Assembly (NCBI GenBank): GCA_963846575.1
Contig: CAWJWJ010000002.1
Location: forward strand, 1,728,001-1,792,000
Direction of reading: 5' to 3'
Source: an uncultured Nitrospiraceae bacterium
GTDB lineage: Bacteria; Nitrospirota; Nitrospiria; Nitrospirales; Nitrospiraceae
DNA: 64,000 nt
The notes beneath the pieces were generated by a model. The model saw nothing but the letters and a program-made list of their open reading frames with translations, did no database searches and had not been told where the DNA came from. Position 1 is the stretch's first letter. Every line of letters begins with the position of its first letter. The translations under genes and the position numbers were made by a program. Of this stretch, positions 55,604 through 64,000 are shown in pieces.

Positions 55604-57446
55604 TCGAGCGTACTCCAATTCCGAAATGATCGACGAGTTCCTCCGGCTTCCCGCTGCGCGGAATCTCACGAACTGCGAGTTTATGAACGCGCACTCCCTC
55701 GAGCGCCAGCGCACTCAAGACAATGTCGCCGATGCCACCATGGGCGTAATGATCCTCGACGGTCAGGAAGAGCCCGCCGGTCGCCCGCGCGCATTCGACG
55801 AGCGTGACCTGATCCACCGGCACAAGGCTATACAAGTCCACCACGCGAGTGGCAATCCCGGCAGCCTTCAACTGGTCATGCGCCTTCAGCGCCTCGAACA
55901 AGGTCACGCCGGCGGCGACGATCGTCAGTTTGTCGCTCGCACTCTGCCGGACGACCTTTGAGCCGCCGATGCGGAACGTTTCCTCAGGGCCGTAAATGAC
56001 CGGTGTCTTCGGGCGGCCGGCGCGCAGATACACCATGCCTTTGTGGGCTGCGGCAACTTCCATCAATTTGTACATCGACTGGGCATCGGAAGGGTACAGC
56101 ACCGTCACACCAGGTTGCGTGGACATCATGGCCAGGTCTTCCAGGCCCATCTGCGACGGACCGTCCTCACCGATGCTGACGCCGACGTGGGTCCCCACCA
56201 ACTTGATGTTCGACTGGCTGATGGCTGCCATGCGAATGAAATCATAGGCGCGCGTGAAGAACGCGGCGAAGGTCGCGACGAAGGGAATTTTTCCACAAGC
56301 GGCGATACCAGCCGCGGCGCCGAGCATATTCTGTTCGGCGATAAAATTTTCAAGAAATCGATCAGGAAAACGTTTGCCGAATTTCTCACTATAGGTGGAG
56401 TTCTTCACGTCGGCGTCGAGAGCGACCACCAATGGATTCGCCTCGCCGAGCGCCAGAAGCGCGACGCCGAAGGCTTCCCGGGTCGCGGCGGAGTCACCGA
56501 GTTTGTAGGGCGCCGGAGCGACGGATCCCTTGGTCATGGCGGCGGCTTTGACGGCGGTAGGCAGCTTGATCTGCGGCTGCGTCGAGTTGGGCTTCAGCCG
56601 GCGCGTGAGTTCATCCAGCGCCTTCTGCGTTTCCTCGCCCTTCTTCAGGGGTTTGCCATGCCAGTCCGGAAGATTTTCAATAAACGAGATCCCGTGCCCT
56701 TTAAACGTCTTGGCCAGCAGCACCGTCGGCCGGCCTTTCGTCCGACCGGCTTCGTCAAACGCCGCCAGAAGCGCGCCGAGATCATGACCATCGACGACGA
56801 TGGCATGCCACCCGAACCCGGCCCAGCGAGCCCGATAAGCTTCCATGTCATGTTGCAGCATGGTGGGATCACTTTGGCCCAGCCGATTGACGTCGATAAT
56901 TGCGCAGAGGTTATCCAGACCGGCATGACGCGCGACCTCCGCTGCCTCCCACACAGACCCTTCGGCGGACTCGCCATCACCCATTAACACGTAGGTGCGG
57001 TAGTCGGTCTTATCAATGGACTTCGCGTTGAATGCGAGGCCGACTCCGGCCGGCAATCCTTGCCCCAACGAGCCGGTGGCCATATCCACAAATGAAAGCC
57101 GGGGCGTCGGATGACCTTCAAGATCAGAGGTGAGCGTGCGAAGCTTGAGCAGCTCCGACGCTGGAAACAGACCGGCCTCCGCCCAGGCCGCATACAACAG
57201 TGGGGCCGCATGGCCTTTCGAGAGCACAAATCGATCGCTGTTGGGCAGCTTGGGATTCTTCGGATCGTACCGCATCACGGAAAAGAACAGGACGGACACG
57301 ATGTCTGCGGCTGAGCAGCAGCTGGAAGGGTGACCGCTCCCGGCCTCACTCGTGGCCTTGACGCTATCGATGCGAAGCTGTGTGGCTTTGTTGGACAGGA
57401 CGGTCAGGAGCTCAGACGTGGCTGTGGCAGCGGTCGAGGAAGTCAT
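55572..57446 (-). CDS. tkt: transketolase (compact animal-like type)
   Basis: SGHP, DRFVLSKGHA, ATGSLGQG, GDGESAEG, IAEQNM and GEDGPSQ motifs. Confidence 0.93.
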   Translation of the reverse strand: MTSSTAATATSELLTVLSNKATQLRIDSVKATSEAGSGHPSSCCSAADIVSVLFFSVMRYDPKNPKLPNSDRFVLSKGHAAPLLYAAWAEAGLFPASELLKLRTLTSDLEGHPTPRLSFVDMATGSLGQGLPAGVGLAFNAKSIDKTDYRTYVLMGDGESAEGSVWEAAEVARHAGLDNLCAIIDVNRLGQSDPTMLQHDMEAYRARWAGFGWHAIVVDGHDLGALLAAFDEAGRTKGRPTVLLAKTFKGHGISFIENLPDWHGKPLKKGEETQKALDELTRRLKPNSTQPQIKLPTAVKAAAMTKGSVAPAPYKLGDSAATREAFGVALLALGEANPLVVALDADVKNSTYSEKFGKRFPDRFLENFIAEQNMLGAAAGIAACGKIPFVATFAAFFTRAYDFIRMAAISQSNIKLVGTHVGVSIGEDGPSQMGLEDLAMMSTQPGVTVLYPSDAQSMYKLMEVAAAHKGMVYLRAGRPKTPVIYGPEETFRIGGSKVVRQSASDKLTIVAAGVTLFEALKAHDQLKAAGIATRVVDLYSLVPVDQVTLVECARATGGLFLTVEDHYAHGGIGDIVLSALALEGVRVHKLAVREIPRSGKPEELVDHFGIGVRSIVEAAKAALR

Positions 57447-57518
57447 GCGCGATCCTTTCAGGGTCGGAGCTGAGTGATAGTAAATGATGAGAGGAACAGA
57501 CCGGCTCTCTCTCTCCTG

Positions 57519-57547
57519 AAGCTAACAAAAGGCCTGCGGGGAGTCAA
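57519..57547 (-). promoter_or_regulatory. sigma70-like promoter for tkt
   Basis: TTGACT-N17-TAGCTT with extended TGn. Confidence 0.5.
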
Positions 57548-57599
57548 TGAATCGCTGTGTCTCCTGTGTCTCTGATGCTCCCGGCGCCGCTCGCGATTC

Positions 57600-57628
57600 T
57601 TGACACGGTAGGGGCAACTCGTTAAGAT
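57600..57628 (+). promoter_or_regulatory. sigma70-like promoter of the pyr operon
   Basis: TTGACA-N17-TAAGAT. Confidence 0.7.
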
Positions 57629-57633
57629 CCAGT

Positions 57634-58331
<698 letters not shown>

Positions 58332-58345
58332 ACGGAGACCATGTC

Positions 58346-59266
58346 GTGGGGCTCAAGCGGAAAGACCTGCTCACGTTGACCGTCCTGTCGGCGGACGACA
58401 TCACCTTGATCCTGGACACGGCGGACTCCTTTAAGGAAGTGACGGGACGGGAGATCAAAAAGGTGCCGGCCCTGCGGGGCAAGACGGTGGTGAACCTCTT
58501 CTTCGAACCAAGCACCAGAACGAGAACCTCGTTTGAACTGGCGGCGAAACGATTGAGCGCCGATGTCATCAATTTTTCTCCCTCGTCGAGTAGTGTCGTG
58601 AAGGGGGAGACATTATTGGACACGGCCCGCAATATCGAAGCCATGCAGGCCGACATCATCGTGCTGCGCCATCCCTCAGCCGGTGCGGCGGAATCGTTGG
58701 CGAGAGGCGTGAAGTCATCCGTCATCAATGCCGGCGACGGATGGCACGAGCATCCTACCCAGGCCTTGCTGGACCTGTATACCATCCGTGGTCGGGGAAT
58801 GGGGTTCGCGGGTCTCCGCGTGGCCATCGTCGGTGACGTCGCCCATAGCCGCGTCGCCCGCTCCAACATTTTCGCCCTCACGAAACTCGGTGCGGAGGTG
58901 CGGGTCGTGGGCCCCCCCACCATGATTCCCCTTCATATCGACCGACTCGGGGTCCGCGTGTACCACAACCTGGACGAAGCGCTGGAGGGCGTTCATGTAA
59001 TCATGATGTTGCGGCTTCAACTTGAGCGACAGGGCCGGGCCCTGTTTCCCACGATCCGTGAATACGCGCGGCAGTACGGACTGACCAGCGACCGGGTCAA
59101 ACGGGCGGAACCTGGCGCGATCGTCATGCATCCCGGCCCGATCAATCGAGGCGTCGAGATCGCCCCGGATGTGGCGGACAGCATTTCGTCCGTCATTCTG
59201 GATCAGGTGGCCAACGGCGTGGCTGTGCGTATGGGCATTCTCTACCTCATGTCCGGAACGGGATAA
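58346..59266 (+). CDS. pyrB: aspartate carbamoyltransferase catalytic subunit
   Basis: [18 protein letters not shown] and MHPGP motifs. Confidence 0.97.
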   Translation: MGLKRKDLLTLTVLSADDITLILDTADSFKEVTGREIKKVPALRGKTVVNLFFEPSTRTRTSFELAAKRLSADVINFSPSSSSVVKGETLLDTARNIEAMQADIIVLRHPSAGAAESLARGVKSSVINAGDGWHEHPTQALLDLYTIRGRGMGFAGLRVAIVGDVAHSRVARSNIFALTKLGAEVRVVGPPTMIPLHIDRLGVRVYHNLDEALEGVHVIMMLRLQLERQGRALFPTIREYARQYGLTSDRVKRAEPGAIVMHPGPINRGVEIAPDVADSISSVILDQVANGVAVRMGILYLMSGTG

Positions 59267-59319
59267 GACGGCCAGAGAACCCTCCTTTTTTTACCCTTTT
59301 TTCTCTTAATGAGTGAACG

Positions 59320-60594
59320 ATGACCATACTGATTCAAGGCGGGCACGTGATCGACCCCGGACGGTTCAACGGGCTCGCGGATGTGCTGATCCAGGACAGG
59401 AAAATTTCAGCGATCGGCCAAGCGCTCGCGGCGCCGGCCGGCGCCAGGGTGATTCAAGCGAGGGGCCGGCTGGTCCTCCCGGGGTTCGTCGATCTCCACG
59501 TACACTTTCGCGAGCCCGGGTTTGAATACAAGGAAACGATTCAGTCGGGGACTGCCGCGGCCATTGCGGGCGGCTTCACGTCCGTCTGCGCCATGCCCAA
59601 CACCAACCCCGTAAACGATAATCAATCGATCACCGAGTTCATGATCGACCGCGCCAAGGCCGCCGGCAATGCCCATCTCTATCCGATCGGCGCCATCACG
59701 AAAGGATCGGAAGGCAAGGAGTTGGCGGAGATCGGCGATCTTCGTCGCGCCGGCTGCGTCGCGATTTCCGACGACGGAAAACCGGTGATGAATAGTCTCG
59801 TGATGCGGCGGGCTATGGAGTATGCGCGCGCTTTCGATGTGCCGGTGGTCGATCATTGCGAGGATTTGCACCTTTCGGAAGGTGGCTGCATGAACGAAGG
59901 ATTGGTATCGACCGAGCTTGGCCTGCCCGGGATCCCCTCGGCAGCGGAGGATGTGATGGTGGCCCGCAACGTCTCCCTCGCGGAATTGACCGGCGCCCGG
60001 CTGCATCTCGCGCACATCAGTACCGCAGGGTCGGTGCGGATGGTACGGGAAGCCAAGTCGCGCGGGCTCAAAGTCACGGCGGAAGCTTGTCCGCATCACT
60101 TCACCCTCACCGAAGAACTCACCCGCGGGTACAACACCCACGCGAAAATGAACCCTCCGCTCAGGACCTGGCAGGACGTACAGGCAATCAAGGAAGGGCT
60201 GCGGGACGGGACCATCGACGTCATTGCGACAGACCACGCGCCGCATGCGACGCAGGAAAAGCAGCAGGAGTTTACCGAGGCGCCCTTCGGCATTGTCGGG
60301 TTGGAGACGGCCTTATCCCTGACCATGGCGCTGGTCGAGGAGGGCGTGCTCACGCTCGAATCGGCGATCGACAAACTCGCGACGGCCCCGGCAAAAGCCT
60401 TCAGCCTCGAGGCCGGAACCCTGGCGGTCGGCGCTCCGGCCGACGTCGCCATTGTCGATCCGCAGGCCCAGTGGGAGGTCGATCCCTCACGCTTCCGGTC
60501 CAAGAGTCGCAACACGCCCTTCGCAGGCTGGAAGGTCAAGGGGCAGGTGACAACCACCATCGTCTCCGGAAGAGTGGTGTTTGAACTTGAGTGA
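59320..60594 (+). CDS. pyrC: dihydroorotase
   Basis: DLHVHFREPG, MPNTNP, KMNPPLR and ATDHAPH motifs. Confidence 0.96.
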   Translation: MTILIQGGHVIDPGRFNGLADVLIQDRKISAIGQALAAPAGARVIQARGRLVLPGFVDLHVHFREPGFEYKETIQSGTAAAIAGGFTSVCAMPNTNPVNDNQSITEFMIDRAKAAGNAHLYPIGAITKGSEGKELAEIGDLRRAGCVAISDDGKPVMNSLVMRRAMEYARAFDVPVVDHCEDLHLSEGGCMNEGLVSTELGLPGIPSAAEDVMVARNVSLAELTGARLHLAHISTAGSVRMVREAKSRGLKVTAEACPHHFTLTEELTRGYNTHAKMNPPLRTWQDVQAIKEGLRDGTIDVIATDHAPHATQEKQQEFTEAPFGIVGLETALSLTMALVEEGVLTLESAIDKLATAPAKAFSLEAGTLAVGAPADVAIVDPQAQWEVDPSRFRSKSRNTPFAGWKVKGQVTTTIVSGRVVFELE

Positions 60595-60633
60595 GGATCA
60601 GCGGTCTCAGATCATGCAAGCACGGACGGGCAG

Positions 60634-61227
60634 ATGTGCTCCTGCTTTTTCCCTAGTGGGCCGCGGAGGAAGGCGAAGAGTGCACCGGCGGACTTGTGTG
60701 CCAGCGTGCCAGAGGCGGACAACGTGCGGCAGGGATTGATTGCCTGCGTCATCTGTGAAGTGCTGGCACTGGCAATCTGGACTGGCGGCTTGATTGTGCT
60801 GGTCGCAGCCGTGATTCCCGCTGTGTTCAATACCTTCGGCGGCCAGGATACCGGGGGCTTCTTTCTGACCCGGGCCTTCGACGGGTATAATCGGTTAGTC
60901 CTCGGCGCGGCGACGGTGCTGACCGTGGGAATCCTGTGGCGGGCCTGGTTGATTCAGCAGGGAAAGGCAGAGGGTGAGATCTCGCGAACGGAATGGCTGC
61001 TGCTGGGAGGAATGCTCCTCATCGCCGGCGTCATTACGTTTGTGCTCCATCCCCAGGCTGCGGCCCTGCAGGCGCAGGCGTTTGCTTCGAAAGGCGAAGA
61101 CGCGAGGAAAGCGGCTTTCGAGGCGTTCTTTCAAATGCACAAACCCGTGCGGATTTTGTATATCCTCAATCTGGGGTTAGGGATCGCGCTGCTGACCGAA
61201 CGCGTGCGATCGTGGATTCCCCGTTAA
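60634..61227 (+). CDS. DUF4149/TMEM205-like membrane protein (start may be GTG 60724)
   Basis: 4 TM; WTGG...PAVF and FFQMH motifs. Confidence 0.7.
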   Translation: MCSCFFPSGPRRKAKSAPADLCASVPEADNVRQGLIACVICEVLALAIWTGGLIVLVAAVIPAVFNTFGGQDTGGFFLTRAFDGYNRLVLGAATVLTVGILWRAWLIQQGKAEGEISRTEWLLLGGMLLIAGVITFVLHPQAAALQAQAFASKGEDARKAAFEAFFQMHKPVRILYILNLGLGIALLTERVRSWIPR

Positions 61228-61233
61228 GGAGTG

Positions 61234-62421
61234 ATGGTGAAAAAAGCGATTCTTGCCCTGGCCGATGGAACCTGGTTCGAGGGGCGGGCTTTGGGAGCAG
61301 AAGGCGAAACCGATGGCGAAGTCGTGTTCAACACGGCCATGACCGGCTATCAAGAAGTGCTGACCGATCCCTCCTATCGAGGACAGATCGTGACCATGAC
61401 GTGTCCGCACATCGGGAACTACGGGGTGAACCCGGAAGACGCCGAGTCAGATCGGATCTGGGCAGAAGGATTCGTGGTCAGGGAGTCCAGCCGGGTGGCG
61501 AGCAATTGGCGCAGCAAGGCCACCCTTCAAGAATATTTACAGACCGCCAACATCGTCGGGATCGAAGGGGTGGATACCAGGGCACTCACGACGCACTTGC
61601 GCGAAAAAGGCGCGCAGCCGGGCGTGATTTCCCACGTCGACCTTGAGCCTCGCCGGTTAGCGGAGAAGGCACGGCAAGCTCCCGGCATCCTTGGTCGGGA
61701 CTTGGCCGCCACCGTCACCTGTGGCCGCAGCTACCGCTGGACCACCGGGACCGGAGACTGGGCACCCAAATTGGAAATGCCCGGCACCGAGGCCGCTGTC
61801 AGGCCGAAAGCGACCTGGCGCGTGGTGGCGTATGATTTCGGAATCAAACAGAACATCTTGCGGCGACTGGTCGATGTGGGCTGTGACGTCACCGTCGTAC
61901 CGGCATCCACCTCGGCGAAGGATGTGTTGGCGCTCAATCCCCACGGGTTGTTTCTGTCGAACGGTCCCGGCGACCCGGAGGGGGTGCCCTATGCCATGAC
62001 GGCCCTGCGGGAGCTGATTGGCCGGCTACCGATCTTCGGCATTTGCCTGGGGCACCAACTGCTCGGTCTGACCTTCGGCTTCTCCACGTACAAATTAAAG
62101 TTCGGTCACCATGGGGCCAATCATCCCGTCATGGACCTTCGGACGGGAAAAGTGGAAATTACATCCCAGAACCATAACTTCGGCGTGCGCTTTCCCAGCA
62201 CCCGGCCCCCGGGAGGACAAGAACTGCCGATTGCCGATACGGCGTTCGGTCGAGTGCAGTTGACCCACACCAGCCTCAATGACGGGTCCGTCGAGGGTCT
62301 GCGCTGTCTCGACCGTCCGGTGTTTTCGGTACAGTACCATCCCGAGGCCTCACCAGGCCCGCACGACTCCTCCTATCTCTTCGACCAATTTGTGGACTTA
62401 ATGGAGACACATCATGCATAG
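61234..62421 (+). CDS. carA: carbamoyl-phosphate synthase small subunit
   Basis: [22 protein letters not shown] and [10 protein letters not shown] motifs. Confidence 0.97.
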   Translation: MVKKAILALADGTWFEGRALGAEGETDGEVVFNTAMTGYQEVLTDPSYRGQIVTMTCPHIGNYGVNPEDAESDRIWAEGFVVRESSRVASNWRSKATLQEYLQTANIVGIEGVDTRALTTHLREKGAQPGVISHVDLEPRRLAEKARQAPGILGRDLAATVTCGRSYRWTTGTGDWAPKLEMPGTEAAVRPKATWRVVAYDFGIKQNILRRLVDVGCDVTVVPASTSAKDVLALNPHGLFLSNGPGDPEGVPYAMTALRELIGRLPIFGICLGHQLLGLTFGFSTYKLKFGHHGANHPVMDLRTGKVEITSQNHNFGVRFPSTRPPGGQELPIADTAFGRVQLTHTSLNDGSVEGLRCLDRPVFSVQYHPEASPGPHDSSYLFDQFVDLMETHHA

Positions 62422-63384
62422 CCAGTGGCAAGTTTGTGCCGGTTTGGCCGTCCTCATGCTCGCGTTGACGCAAACGGCCTGTGTGACGATCAACCTGCCG
62501 CCCGGACCAGGCGCGCTGGAGGAACATAAGGTCAGTGGAAGCGGCAAGGACAAGGTCTTGCTGCTGGACATCTCGGGCGTCATCAGCTCAGAGAACAAGG
62601 AGAGCTTCTATACGTCACCGGGGATGTTGGCGACCGTCAAGGAAGAATTAGAACGTGCCGCAAAGGACGAGCGGGTCAAGGCGATTGTGCTCCGGATCAA
62701 CAGTCCGGGCGGCACGGTTACAGCCTCCGACATCATTTACCATGAACTGAAAACATTCAAAGCCTCGCGGAACATCCCGGTGGTGGCTTCGATCATGGAT
62801 GTCGGTGCGTCTGGCGGCTACTACATTGCCGCCGCAGCCGATAGCGTGCTGGCCCATCCCTCTTCGGTGACCGGCAGCATCGGCGTGATCATGCTGACCG
62901 TCAATGCAAGAGGCCTCTTAGAAAAGGTCGGCGTGGAAACGAATGCCGTGACCTCCGGACCCAGGAAAGACATGGGCTCACCGTTCCGAGTGATGTCGCC
63001 GGAAGAACGCGGGGAATTTTCCAAAGCGTGATCGACTCATTCTATCAGCGCTTTCTTCAGATCGTACAGGAAGGGCGTCCGGGATTGTCGGCTGAGCATA
63101 TCAGGAAACTGGCCGATGGCCGGATTTATTCCGGAGATCAGGCCAAGGCCGCGGGACTGGTCGACGAGATCGGCTATCTCGATGACGCGATCGAGGTCGC
63201 TAAGAAGAAAGCGGGTCTCACCGAGGCGCGGGTGGTGACCTATCGGCGGCGCGGCGAATATCAGAATAATATCTATTCGCGTCTCGTCGCACCGGCCCCG
63301 AGGATCGCCAATCTGGCGAACATTGATCTGCTGTCGATGGTGCGGGGTGGGACGCCGCAGTTCATGTATCTCTGGATGCCGTGA
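62414..63384 (+). pseudogene. sppA: signal peptide peptidase SppA (S49), frameshifted near 63012
   Basis: INSPGG, ASGGYY, TGSIGV, then in another frame IFQSVIDSFY..DGRIY..GLVDEIG. Confidence 0.85.
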
Positions 63385-63433
63385 GCCGGGAAGTGCATCC
63401 TGTGCGCGGTGCTGATTGAATGGAGTGGATCTG

Positions 63434-64000
63434 ATGAATCCCTCGTCGAGACCACTCAATCGAAGCCATTCTGAACGACGCCGCTCGGGCGTCGGGCGGC
63501 CCTGGCACTGGGTATGCGCGGCGCATGAGCTTTTGACCACCACCGTCGGGCCGGAGCGGCCATGGGTGTTCTGCAGTCCTGGCGGGATGCCACCGGGCGC
63601 CGGGCACGGCCCGGGATCAGGTTATTTATTTTTCGGAAGAGAAAGAAATCGCCATGGGCCTCACCGCGTTTCGGGAGGTTCTGCGGCACGCGCCGCTCAG
63701 CGACAACGCGGAAGTCAATGAAATGGTGCACCGGGTGGGGGACCGGATTGCCAAGGCGGCAAACAAGCCGGAGTATCAGTGGGAGTTCGCTGTCATTCAG
63801 GACGACCGGATGGTCAATGCGTTCGCGCTGCCCGGCGGGAAGGTCGCGATGTTTACCGGGATTTTGAAACTCACGAAGGACGAAGACGGGCTGGCCACGG
63901 TGATGGGCCATGAGGTTGCGCATGCGTTGCAGCGCCATGGGGTGGAACGGATGAGTCGGAGTATTCTTGAACAGATCGGACAATTGGCCGCCCTGGGAGC
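63434..64000 (+). CDS. M48 family zinc metalloprotease lipoprotein (3' truncated; N-terminus frameshifted)
   Basis: Frame from about 63579: LAGC lipobox, NAFALPGGK, HEVAH. Confidence 0.85.

Overview
Roughly 60% GC (by eye) bacterial chromosomal window. Gene content and style suggest Nitrospira/Nitrospirota (inference, not tested). It is mostly housekeeping. The first part carries a partial FNR-like flavoprotein, nadK, clpC, tsaD, hflX, nth, yicC-gmk-rpoZ-coaBC, aroQ-efp-accB-accC-thiE, bioD, an SDR, putA, a desaturase, Mrp/ApbC and a Rieske ferredoxin. The later part carries a cyclophilin, MFS, AsmA-like protein, M24 peptidase, type-E-like sdhB with a distant HdrB/CCG protein, archease-rtcB, a c-di-GMP/HDOD/sthA signalling neighbourhood, Crp/Fnr, an animal-type transketolase, a PyrR-attenuated pyrR-pyrB-pyrC-(DUF4149)-carA operon, sppA and a partial M48 peptidase. 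The best candidate for an undescribed system is a 7-gene operon at 25461-32476 behind a near-consensus sigma70 promoter. It encodes a small soluble protein, a GlmL/MutL-like ASKHA ATPase with no glutamate mutase genes in the window, a barrel-sandwich-hybrid/KOW protein, an FN3+DUF6754-like membrane protein and three further membrane proteins, which together suggest an ATP-coupled membrane complex of unknown function. Other notable points are non-canonical starts (ATC for hflX, ACG for thiE), an RRE-like MEMO1 fusion with altered metal ligands, and sigma28-like promoters. Clustered frameshifts (glmL-like gene, sppA, M48) look like assembly errors. No tRNA, rRNA, CRISPR array or transposase was seen. 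All family assignments come from motif recognition, with no database searches.
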